From NCBI RefSeq assembly GCF_018350175.1, contig NC_058368.1, positions 53,756,001-53,820,000 of the forward strand: a stretch of 64,000 nucleotides of DNA, given 5' to 3'. This DNA is from Felis catus. Taxonomy: Eukaryota. The number at the start of each line of letters is the position of its first letter. The first letter of the stretch is position 1. Shown here one piece after another: positions 1-11,567 of this stretch. The position numbers and the translations under genes were made by a program. The notes beneath the pieces were generated by a model. It had not been told where the DNA came from and searched no databases. It saw only the letters and a program-made list of their open reading frames with translations.

Positions 1-1404
1 ACTTACAGCCAGTGAGAATTTATTTTTGTGCCTTCAGGTAGGAAATGCCTCACAAAGAGAACATTAGCTGCATTTTTGGTCTTGTGGAATATGTTTTAAA
101 ATTGTGTGGTATGTATGCTCAAAGAAACAGTTCACGATTCATCACAGGGCTGACTTCTGTCACACTGCAGAGGAAAGAAGACATAAAGGTGAATATCAAA
201 GTTTGTAATTTGTAATTTAGGTCGAGACATTTTTCACTTTGGGAGAAATTTGCTGCTATGTGGTTCATAATGGGGGCTTTTATTATTGGACCCATTGCCT
301 GTCCTTTGGATGAAAGTGTTTACATTTCTTTGGTGTACCAGGGAGAGGGCTCCTGTTTGACCTTGAAAAGGAATAAGGAAAATCATTCTTCTGGCTGTAC
401 TTGTTTGCTGTATTTTCCACTGAGCTATGATGATCATATCAGGATTCTGCTTTGGAGGTAGTTTTTCCCAAATAGTCCCAGGTTTCGAAAACATTTACAT
501 TATGCAAAGAAAAAATATGTCTCTGTTCTACCCCTCTGCTCCAGAGCCTTCTTCTCTTTCAAATCAAGCTAAAAAAACTTCAGCGTTCGTCGGAAAGCCT
601 CCCTTACTTCACTCCTGTACTATGTGCTCAGACGCAATCCCACACAGAATCCATTTGCGTGAGTTGAAATGTTGGTAACTTCTTCTGAGGATGGTGTTTG
701 TTTCTCCAATGATGTGGGTGCCTGCTCAGGGAAGAGGGAGTCCTTCCCCAAAGTTGGGATCCAATGGAGTCCTGATCATTCAGGGAATATTCAGTGCTGA
801 CTGGCTCAACTCAAGGCTAGTATGTTTTCTGTTCTCAACCCTTTGTGTATCATTTATACATGTGCACCAAAGATCTTTCAGAGTAAAGCATGCTCTGCGT
901 AGCCACTGGGGGAGGGAGAGATGGAGAAGGAAAGAGAGAGGTCAGGAAGGAGGGAGACAAGACAAGAAGAAAAAGGGGAGATTTTGTCTCTGCAAGTTCA
1001 TCCCCGCACTGCCCTATGGGTATACTGGTCCAGCTTTCATACTAGTATGAGAATGCTAACTGGCCACAGGTTTCACAGGGAATGTACTAGGTTGATGGTG
1101 AGATGAGAGGGTAGGTTTTACACCTAGGTCATTTCTTTGAAAGCATTACTGTTCAGATAAGCCTGGGAATCTTGGCTGCCCATTAAAAAAATAAATGAGG
1201 ACAAGGGGGAAGGAAGTCCATGGATCCCACTGTCTTATCACCGAGGAGTTTAAAACACCTCTTTAACATCCCAGGCCTCCAAACCTGTAGTCCCTTTTCG
1301 GAGGTTTATGGCCTTGTTCATATTCTGTGATTTATCCAGCCAAAGAGTCTTTGCAGATGCCTGCCTGAATTGCTCTTCCTTTTCCTCTTTTAGTTCGACT
1401 CGTT

Positions 1405-1520
1405 TTAGTTTATTCATTTAATAAACGCTTACTGTCAAGTGTTGTGCCAGGCACAGTGTTAGGCCCTAAGGATGATATGACAAACAGGACAGCATAGACT
1501 GCTCTTGTGGGACTAAAAGC
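1405..1520 (-). mobile_element. L2 LINE 3'-end fragment
   Basis: tttattcatttaataaacgcttact...gtgccaggcacagtgttagg resembles the antisense L2 3' terminus. Confidence 0.6.
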
Positions 1521-2127
1521 CCACTAAGCAGAAACAGACACTACATATGTTATATATCACTGTCACTTAACTACTTCGCCTTCCTCAAAGTTAGCTACAG
1601 ACTCACTTTCTCTGCGAGGTGTTCCTCAAAAATTGTTTCTAACTGATGTCAAAGTCCTCGATGAAAAGTTCTCAGATCTTAATTTTACATGTTTTTGTGG
1701 TTATTTGATTAAAATGGCACCAGGACAAGAGATGATGTCCTCGTCCCCACCGTGTTCCCAGCAGCCAGCACGGTGCATGGCACAAAGTAAGCACTCGATC
1801 ATTTTTGAAGGAACAAGCGAGTATATGTGCAAGTTAGACCATATGACAAATTATACAGATGTGAAAATACTTTAAAACTACAAGAAGGACCCTTGGACTT
1901 GTCAACTCTAGGTTTTCTGGAGAGAGCAAATTTCTTCCTTCTGATATTATCAGTGAGGTAGTCACTCCTCATGAGCCCCTGGGGGAAAATTAAAACAAAA
2001 ATGAGCAAATAAAACAATATTTTCAGTGGAGAGCTGAGAGTGATTCCTATGCCCCAAGTCTCTCTAAAAGTCTAACCAACTACTCTCTAGTTATCTCTCT
2101 TCAGATTTGGTGTTTTGGTAGAGGAGG

Positions 2128-2236
<109 letters not shown>

Positions 2237-4782
2237 CTTTGACTGACTTTTCTTTCTTGATAACTGGCCAGGCAATTGTTTACTCTAGTAGGGTCACATA
2301 ATCATAGCTGGGACACTGAATAAAAAAACACTTAACAGTATTGGTAAATGAACTTCTGAAAATGTCAAATTTATTATATTGGACAAGTACTTAACATTCC
2401 AAGTCCTGAGGATTAAAACTGTATGCCATTTTGAGGTCCTAAAACTTCAAGTTAAACATAGAAGAGACTTTTTTTTTTTCAAAAGGAAATAAATTTTTTC
2501 TCACCTTGGTTATTGGTAAGGTTCTTTTTCTGCCATGAAACTATTTCTATAATACACACATTAGTCTTTAAGGAAAGATCCTGAAAAATTCTTTTTTCTG
2601 ATTCACTCTTTGCGGGCACTAAATAGTTGTGGGCGCTTATTCTGCAATTAGAATTTATTTCACGAAGTGTATTAGCTTCCTCTTTCCACGGGGACTTGTG
2701 TTAAAATGGAAACAAGCGTGCTGCATGTTGACACGCTCTGAAACATCGGTTCACAGGTACACACAGGTATCAGTCTCGCTCCGTGACATTGTTAAAGTCA
2801 CTGGTTGAGAGAATTTTAATCTCCAAGATCGACCTCTTTCAGAAACAAAGGCGGGGCGGGGGGGAGGTAAAGAAAGAAAAAGTACACACCTGCAACCTAT
2901 TTCTTTTTGAAGCACAGCCTTTGAGCAGATGGAGGATGAGATAGAGAAAGAAAACAGGCCAATTGCCAAGAGCGGTTTGTTTACAATACAGGCAAGTTCC
3001 TTCAGAAGTTGATAGGGAGCCGTCGTCATGGAGATGAAGAGAAATATTGCTTCAGGGTTTCACAGAACAAATTCCTGCTACAAATGTACCTGGATTTAAA
3101 GATGATGGAGATGGGAAGGGGGACAGAGAGTTTAGGGTAATGCTTCCCTCCATAGCTTTTCAATACAGTCTTCAGACCCTGAAAATTTCTTGCCTTGGTG
3201 TATGCAAAATAAATAGTCTTAAGAAAGGTTGCTTTTTCTTGTATTAAGTGGAATTCCTGACTAGAATAAGAGAATTGGACAGTGTTCGAGGGGAGCATCA
3301 ACAGTCCACGATGTATTCTAATTTTGGAACATTGCCTGTAGCTGGTAATGCTTCTTGAAAAGCAAATTATCATTATTAAAAACAAACCAAAAAGACGTTT
3401 TGAGTCCTGACTACAGATGCACAGGTAAAGTGCCTACTGCTGAATGCAGCTACCAGTGTACAAATATTAGCATTTAAAAATTAAATAGAATCAATCCCCC
3501 TGCTCCCTTCCAAGAAAGCAAAACCAAAAAAAAAAAAAAAAAAAATCCCTCAACTTTTTAATTTGCTGCTAGCTTCAGTCAGCATCTAGTCCTTTATTAA
3601 TTTTAACCACCAAAACTTCCTATTTGCATCTGTTGAAAAACGGGAAATCTTTTCACAAGTTATCTTTCTGAAATGTGAGTTGTTTTGTGGAGGAAACCAA
3701 GTCCTGCGAATTCCCAGCTTTCCAAATTCCCTTTTAGGAAGCGCTTAGGAAGCTCTTTTCTCGCTTTTATCCTTTCTCCGACAATTCCAGCAGAGGATGA
3801 CGTCACTTTTTCCTTTTCCTTTCCCACCTCCCACCCTTTCATCCCACTAAGCTTCTTGTTAGGCTCTAATTGAACAAAGCAACACCTGTGTTTTTTACGT
3901 GACTTCAAACCCCTATTTCCAATCCATTTCTTCAGCTGCCCACAAGGGTTGTTTTCATTGACAGCAGGTAATTAGCAACTTCACACAGATGGAGGAAAAG
4001 CAATCTAGAAGCTATAGAAGACTTTGCTGTCTACTGCTCATATTAAATTTAGATGCTGACAATCAAAACTTGGCGTTGTATATTAGACATTGTGGCACAG
4101 GGTTATGGAAAGACCAATGAACTCTTACATTAGGAAACCTGATTTCTCTTTGTGGCCCTGACGTTAACCAGCTGGATAACTTAAAACTCACCTAATGTAC
4201 CGCAACTTTATTTTTCTTAACTCCAGCAATCGGGATGACTGATATCTTCGGTCTCTTGTAATGTTATTCTGTAAGAAACATATACAATTTATTTGATAGT
4301 ATAGCTATTTGCAGTATGGCTCATAACCTTCTAGAAGCCACTGTATAATCATCATGACTACCCTTTTTCCTTTCTTGCTCCTGTTGCTTCGCTCCTCTCT
4401 CACACTGGCGTCCTCGATTTCTCTCTCGCTCCATATTGTCTCTCCATCTGATACGCAAGAGATCAGTGAACACCATTTGAACAATATTATGCCATCTGGT
4501 AGGATTTCCGGCAGCCTCTGCAGCTCACCCCACCGCTGCTATAATTCTCTTCATACCTACTCAGGAGGATTCTTCCCAGACGGCGCTGCTCAAGGACTAC
4601 ATATGCAGAATTATCCATGAAGAGGGACCTGGACTCCTCACCACCAGCATTCACTAAGGTCATCAGAAGATACGAAGACATAAGCAAACAAACCAATGCA
4701 AAGCAGAGAATGGTTGTTTAGAGGTGGTTTCGTGTTTGAACTCCCATGCGTTGTTTTTTCCAGAACCTCTTTCTTTCTTCTA

Positions 4783-4870
4783 TTTTTTATTGAAGTATAG
4801 CTGGCATACAATATTACATTAGTTTTGGGTGTGCAACATAGTGATTCCATGTTCACATGTATTTGTAAAA
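4783..4870 (-). mobile_element. L1 3'-terminal fragment (carnivore/L1MA-like)
   Basis: ttttttattgaagtatagctggcatacaatattacattagttttgggtgtgcaacatagtgattc is a typical antisense L1 3' end. Confidence 0.75.
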
Positions 4871-4925
4871 ACTGTGTCTCTTCAAAGCAGTGCGCCCATG
4901 CACGAGCTATTTAAACACCCTGTGC

Positions 4926-5133
4926 GGGCCACCTGGGTGGCTCAGTCGGTTAAGTGTCCAATTCTTGGTTTTGGCTCAGGTCATGGTCTCACAGTTTCGT
5001 GAGTTTGAACCCCGTGTTGGGCTCTGTGCTGGCAATGAGGCACCTGCTTGGGATTCTCTCTCTTTGCCCTCCCTCTCGCTCATGCTGTCTCTCTCTCTCT
5101 CTCTCAAATAAACAAAGAAACTTAAAAAAATAA
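4926..5133 (+). mobile_element. CAN-SINE (feline SINEC) inserted in a MIR
   Basis: Head gggccacctgggtggctcagtcggttaag, (CT)n tract, aaataaa and A tail; MIR core continues to ~5255. Confidence 0.95.
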
Positions 5134-6020
5134 ACTAAACCCTTTGCTCTTCTGTTTCCTCATCTAAAACTTGGTTGTTTAAATGAGATAATTCACGTAA
5201 AAATGTTTAGAGCGGTGCCCAGAAAAGAACAAACACTTGTCCAGTGTTACCTTCATTACTGGGGAAGGCAAAGGTGGCAGGCATCCGTGAACACATTTTC
5301 TGATGATTTTCAACTCCTGTTATTTTCAGAGTGGCTACATCTTTTCCTACCTTTTAAATTAGGTTTTATGTCCTTTTTGCTCATTGTCTCCTTTCGTCGC
5401 TTCTTTCTTTGGTTTACCTCCAGGATGTACATTTTATGCTCTTCCGAAAGCAATCTTGATAAAAGGAGAGGCAACTTCCCATTCTTGCATTATGTGAGGC
5501 TTCTTGGAAGGGGAGGGGAGGCCATTAGCTCATCTAAATTCACTGAAATATATTGCCCACTTAAAGGCAATTAGTAGTTTTGTGGTTCAGGAAAACAGGA
5601 TATTGATTTTTGGTTTTTTTCTTTGATCCCATGGAGTAGTTGACATGTTTGTGTTAAATTCTGCATCACGGGAACTTGGACCCGAGGACCCTGGTTCACA
5701 AGTAATGCCAGACTTTTTTTTACATCTAATGGAACATTACAGACCCAGTAGGAACTCAGGACATGTTCACTCCCAGTTTTTCTTGTTTTAAAATGAGGGC
5801 TTCTAAAACATGCTCCAAATAAGGTTGATAATTTTCAAAAGGAGTAGCCGGAGGATGGTGGTGGATTAGAAACTGCTCTCAGCCCCTCCTCTGCTAAATC
5901 TTTCTGCCTCCTGTTACTGGGCCTGTGGAGGGTAGAGATGGGCCTCAATAAGGGAAGCTCAGTAAGTGGACTACCACTTTCAGTTAGCGGTGTTTGTAAT
6001 CTACTGCTGGGCCCATTGAC

Positions 6021-6215
6021 TTTTTTAAAACTTGTTTATTTATAGAGCATGTGCGCAAGCAGGGGAGGGGCAGAGGGAGGGAGAGAGATTCCCAAGCAGG
6101 CTCCTCACTGTGAGCACAGAGCCTGCAGGGAGCTTGATCCCATGAACCATGAGATCATGACCTGAGCTGAAATCAAGAGTCTGACGCTTAACCAACTGAG
6201 CCACTCAGGCAGCCC
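6021..6215 (-). mobile_element. CAN-SINE
   Basis: Antisense SINEC; degenerate TSD gggcccattgac (6009-6020) / gggcccactgaa (6217-6228). Confidence 0.95.
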
Positions 6216-6369
6216 AGGGCCCACTGAATTTTAAAGAGAAAAATTAAAGGAGGACTGGGGCTTCTGTGTAACAAATGTATTTAAGGGGAAATAACTATGT
6301 CCTGTTTTGGAAAAGTCCCATTTTTGTTCCTTAACATGGTCTAAGATAGAGTGTTGAGAGATACTTGCA

Positions 6370-6520
6370 CGTTGTACTTCACTCTTAGTGCCTCAGTTTC
6401 CTTCTCTGTTAATCATCAGTAAGGGCACTATCATAGTTATGAAGTTTATATGTGTTCTTGAGACAGTGACAGTAATGCCTAGCTTAAAGCAAGCACTCAG
6501 AAAATACAGCCATTGCTATC
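6370..6520 (+). mobile_element. MIR SINE fragment
   Basis: gtgcctcagtttccttctctgt core and gcactcagaaaatac-like 3' part. Confidence 0.65.
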
Positions 6521-6964
6521 ATCCTCTTCCAAATATTACTTTCTGCAGCTATGGCTACGTGTGTACAGGACATAATTGCTTATGCTTTCCTTGTAATCTT
6601 TCTGTGGAATGTTCGGCATGACCCCATCATTCGTTGCTATTTGAATGGTTGGCCTCTTGATTACAAATGCTTCGATATGATGACTCTCTCCTTGCCTCAC
6701 AAATGAACTGGAACCAGAAGTAAGAAACTAGCTTGAATTGAGATCTGTAAACTCTCTAGTTTTGTAAAGTGGTATTGACTTTATTTCCACTTGTTTCTTT
6801 GTTTTCCAAGAAAGAAAACTTCTCAGCCCCAGTTTCTTAGATGGGTTTGAATTTTGTTCTTCCTCGCCACAGAGAGGTTAGTCTCTTTGGAATGGACTGC
6901 AGTCTGTGTTCTGAATTTATTAAACTTCTTAATTCCAGGCTGAATGGTCACCATTTTATAGCAA

Positions 6965-7328
6965 GTGTCCCGGGCAGGGTAAGCTAGGTGCTATTGCAAC
7001 CCCTAAATCTCAGTGGCTCACAATACAGTCGAGCGCAGTAGGGGGGGCGGGAGTCTTGTTGCCATGAAGTGCCTCTGCTATCCACGTGGGCCACGGAGTC
7101 CTGCACTGGACTCTCATCTGATTAGCGGATGCATGAAGAAACCAGTGTGGTGGGCACATGGCAGGCTAACTGGATCAGGCCTGGAGGTTGTGTATCCTGC
7201 TCCACCCACCACCCCTGGTCCAGAACTCATGGTGACCCCTAACCATGAGGGAGGCTGGAAGATGGAAACCAGCTACGTGCCCAGAAAGACAAAAGAAATG
7301 GCAGTGAACAACTAGTTAGCTTCTGCCA
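6965..7328. mobile_element. Old MaLR LTR (MLT1J/K-like)
   Basis: taagctaggtgctattgcaacccctaaatctcagtggct start and gtgaacaactagttagcttctgcca end resemble MLT1J/K. Confidence 0.55.
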
Positions 7329-7399
7329 AGGCAAGCCAGTTGGTTCTACCGATTCCTTAAGTCATGAAATATTTCTCATGGAACATATGTATGTGTAAG

Positions 7400-7905
7400 A
7401 TACAAAGGATAATAGCACAAGTACCCGGTTTAAGACGTTAAGACATTTGATACACGTATGTTTCACCAAGGCAGTTGAAGTCTCCTGTGTGCCTCTCGTC
7501 TTTGCATCTCTGTCTGTATTGCTCAGGAACAAGCACTGTTTTACTTGCATGCTTTTTGGTGATCATTTTATGACAGATAAATTTACACCCAAACTCTAAT
7601 TTCTTGTTATTTTTTGCGTTTGTGAAAAGGGTATCCTACGGTATATAGTGTGTGTTCTTTGGGAACTTGGGTGTTTTCCCCTCATCTTCATGATTCATCC
7701 ACGAGATTCATCTGAGATTCATCCATCTTGATGTATGTAGCTGTAAAGGATTCATTTTCACTGCTATGCAGTATTCCGTTTGTTGGATAAACCCCATTAG
7801 ACTTATCCCGTTTCATGGTTATGGGCAGTAGGGTTGTTTGCAGTTTTTTCTTTTTGCAATCAATGGTGCCATGAATGTTCCTGTACATACCTCTTCATAC
7901 ACATT
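7400..7905 (-). mobile_element. Old L1 (L1ME-like) 3' fragment
   Basis: ttcattttcactgctatgcagtattcc...gggttgtttgcagttt...atgaatgttcctgtacat, antisense L1M 3' region. Confidence 0.7.
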
Positions 7906-8388
7906 GTTCTCTACCAGAACGCCAGTCTATTAAAATTTTTTATGGCAGTATGGATCCCTCAAGGAAAATTAAATAATTTAGATTTCCATTCACTCTGGCC
8001 AGGTTGATGTGAGTTTGCTGCTATTGAAAGCTGCTTCACAGAATGTGGGCTAGAACATACCAGCACATGCCAGCTCCAAAGATCCGTTATCCTCTTTAGA
8101 TTTTTAAAGAAAATTTACAAAGTGAATCTCTAAAGGAATTGCACTTTGGTTAGCTGCCTTACTTTGCTCCATGTGGCTAGGTTATTTTGGGGGGGTTTCA
8201 TATTATGGAACGGTGTATTAATTTTTGAGGTACAGTATTCCATGTGACTAAGCTAGGTTTGTGTCAGAGATAAAAGGGGAAAGTACCCAAATTTCCTTTC
8301 CTGCCCACTGACAGTGAAAGTGAAGTTCCAACTTCCTAGCCTCATTTTTCCCAACTTAAGGTTTTACTTTCCTTTAAAAAGCAAACAT

Positions 8389-8617
8389 GGGGCACCTGGG
8401 AGCTCAGTTGGTTAAGGATCTGACTTCAGCTCAGGTCATGATCTCGCAATTAGTGAGTTCGAACCCCGCGTTGGACTCTGTGCTGACAGCTCAGAGCCTG
8501 GAGCCTGCCTCGGATTCTGTGTTTCCTTCTCTCTCTGCCCCTCCCTCCTCCTCTCCCTCTCCCTCTCCCTCCCTTTCCTCCAAAAATAAGTGAACATTAA
8601 AAAAAATTTAAAAAAAA
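8389..8617 (+). mobile_element. CAN-SINE
   Basis: ggggcacctgggagctcagttggttaag head, gagcctggagcctgc body, CT tract, A tail. Confidence 0.95.
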
Positions 8618-8893
8618 TTCTCCTGACGGTCCATAAGAGATAGGCAAACTAATAGTTAAAGAAAAGCAGAAATATTCTTAATTCCAGAACTGGAAGGAAT
8701 TGTATCCAGGGTTTTGAAAATGGGGTTAATTTGATGTGAAAAAAATAATGTAGTCAATGGCATCATCAAAGCAAATGACATGGTGACTTTCACAAGCCTG
8801 CTTGATAGCACCTGTCCACACAAGTAGATGGCATCATTCTGATATGATGTTGAGTCACAGTGAACCCTCAGTGGGATCAATCTTTAAGGTTTA

Positions 8894-9106
8894 GGGGCAT
8901 CTGGGGGTGGCTCAGTTGGTTAAGCATCTGACTCTTGGTTTTGGCTCATGTCATGATCTCACACTTTATAAGTTGTAGCCCCGTGTTGGGCTCTACACTG
9001 ACAGTGTAGAGACTGCTTGGGTTCCTCTCTTTCTCCCTCTCTCTCTGCCCCTTCCCTGCTCATGTTGTCTCTCTCTCTCAAAATAAATAAATAAACTTAA
9101 AAAAAA
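8894..9106 (+). mobile_element. CAN-SINE
   Basis: SINEC head and tail; TSD aatctttaaggttt / aatctttaagttt. Confidence 0.95.
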
Positions 9107-9659
9107 TCTTTAAGTTTCACATTAAAATAACCTCTTTGTAGCCCAGAAGGGTAGTGTTTTCCATTATAGGACAAAAAAATGAGAAAAAGTTATAAAAACA
9201 ATCTCCTAAGTAAAAGCCACCATGGGAAAAAAACCTGTTCTTGTAGTACAGCCTTGATTAAGGTTTGGTACACAGCTTATCCATCAGACACCCACATGAT
9301 TCCGAGGTTTCCACATACCTAGAATTTGCCTATGTGGGGAAATCTTTTCAAAAGTCACAGGCCTAATATATTAGAAAAATAACAGCAACCCACGATTGAC
9401 ATCTTTTACTGCATTTATTTTAAACTACATTAAAAAAAAAAAGGCTTCTACAATTTTAAGTCATGTGATGATGAAGGAATTTATTTTCCACATATAAAAT
9501 TATGTTGTAATAGTTTTTCCTCGAAAGAAAATGAGGCTGAAGGGTTAGAGAATTTCTCAGCTTTGTGATTTGCTTCCTAGTTGTTAATGGTTATGTAGTC
9601 CTTTGTTCAGAACCTTCATACCCTGGATGACTAAAATGCGAAGTACTACTAGCTGGCAG

Positions 9660-9830
9660 CAGTCAATAGCGAAGGCTTTGGTGCCCAGATGCCTGAGTTT
9701 GAAGCCCAGCATCTTTCGGCATCTTCTCAAATCTCTCTATTCCTCAGTTTTTTTTCATTTGTAAAATATTAGTGGTCATACTAATATTTACCTTGTAGTG
9801 TTTGAATAGTATTTAAATAATATATTTTAC
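9660..9830 (+). mobile_element. MIR SINE fragment
   Basis: ctgagtttgaagcccagc...cctcagtttttttcatttgtaaaat MIR core. Confidence 0.65.
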
Positions 9831-10808
9831 AAAACTGATAGGCTTCTTGTCATTATTATCCCCCCACAACAAATATGAGTGAGCCTTTTTGCCAAACACT
9901 GTGCTAAGTGCTGGTGATATAAAGTTACTGCCTTGGAAAAGGAGCAGTTTAGGGGGAGACTGGAACTTTCTGTAGAGTAAAAATTATGTTTGTATTTGAG
10001 TAGGGGCCATTCTTGTGTGTATATTTACTTTGTTCGTGTAATCTTCAATTCTCCACAAATAAATATCAGTCTGTATTTTTGTTACTGTAGATATCCCTTC
10101 TGTAAAAAAGTAAAAAAAAAAAAAAAAAACAACCCTCTTTTAACAAGCAATTACTTTACTCATTATGGATTCTCTGATGTCCCACTGAGCTGACAGACTG
10201 AAAGACCAGACTGGAGTGAAGTCACATAGATACGTGGGGTGCCATTACTCTCCTGAGCAAGCTCTGTGCCTCTAACAGAGGGACTTCTCCAACACATTTG
10301 CCCTGTTTGTGATGGGTTGGGGAAAAAGCTACTCTAACTCATGTCTTCTCCCTGGTTCAGATGTTTCCCATTTGGGTGGGTTTAATATGCTCAAGGTCAC
10401 TGTCCAGGTGTGATCTGCAACCCTTCTGCTCCCTTGGGAGCCTCTGCTTGCAGACTGCTGGCCTTTTCCTCTCCTCTGAGCCTCTCTGGGGAAGATCTGT
10501 CCTGCAAAGAGGATGGGCAGAGGGTATGCATCTCCGGTTTTTCAGCTGCCCTCTCTGGGGCTAATTTAGGGGAGAAAGACTAGGAAGTTCAGTTGGGCCT
10601 CAAGCCCAGACTATGTTCTCTAATGCAACTTTCCCAGTTTTGTCATCTAAAGGAGTCACATGTCTATTTCTCCACTAGAATAAACTCTGGAAGATGGCAT
10701 GTAGTGGATTGGCCCTTCAAATCCCTAGGCTGTAGTCTTTATTCTGTCATTTACCAGCTCTGTTATCTTGGGCAAGTTATTTTATTCTCTAGATTGTAAG
10801 AGTGATAA

Positions 10809-11567
10809 TGTATTAGTTTCCTACTCTTCCTGTAACACATTACCATAAATGTGGTGGCTTAAAACAGCACACATTTATCATGTTACAGTTCTGGGCAACA
10901 GAAGTCCAACACATCATACCGGCCTAAAATCAAGACATTGGCAGGACTGTGTTGTTGTTTCTTTCCTCCTCCCCCTCCCCCTGCTTCCCCTTCCCCTCCC
11001 CCTCCCCCTTCTTCTTCATTTTTTTTTTTTAATGTTTATTTATTATTGAGAGACAGAGAGAGACAGAGCATGAGCATGGGAGGGGCAGAGAGAGGAGGAG
11101 ACACAGAATCTGAAGGAGGCTCCAGGCTCTGAGCTGTTAGCACAGAGCCCAGTGCGGGGCCAGGGCTCGAACTCACAAACCCAGTGAGATCAGGACCTGA
11201 GCTGAAGTCAGACGCTTAACTGTCTGAGCCACCCAGGCGCCCCAGGACTGTGTTTCTTCTGCAGGCTCTAAGGAGAATCTGTTTTCTTTCCTTTTCTAGC
11301 TTCTAGAGGCTGACTACATTCTTGGTCTGTGGCCTCTTCCCCATCTTCAAAGCCAGCAACGTGGCATCTTCTGATCTCTCTTCTCTTGCTTCCCTCTTAT
11401 AAGGACCCTTGTGATTACATTGGGCCCTCTGGATAATCTAGACAATCTTCCCATATCAACATTTGTAAATCACATCCTCAAAGTTTCTTTTGCCATGTAA
11501 AGTAACATATTTACAAATTCAGGGGATTAAGGATGTGGACACCTGGAGGGGTGTTCTGCCTACCACA
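10809..11567 (-). mobile_element. MaLR solo LTR (MLT1C/D-like), interrupted by a SINEC
   Basis: tgtattagtttcct start, ttataaggacccttgtgattacattgggccc interior, ctgcctaccaca end: reverse complement of MLT1D-type LTR. Confidence 0.85.
10954..11242 (-). mobile_element. CAN-SINE with purine-rich extended tail
   Basis: Antisense SINEC; perfect 12-bp TSD caggactgtgtt (10942-10953 / 11243-11254). Confidence 0.96.

Noticed and set aside
4354..4620. 88-aa ATG ORF with a hydrophobic, signal-peptide-like N-terminus (MTTLFPFLLLLLRSSLTLA)
   Set aside because: The hydrophobicity comes from a pyrimidine-rich tract; no recognisable family or promoter link; would need Ribo-seq or dN/dS evidence
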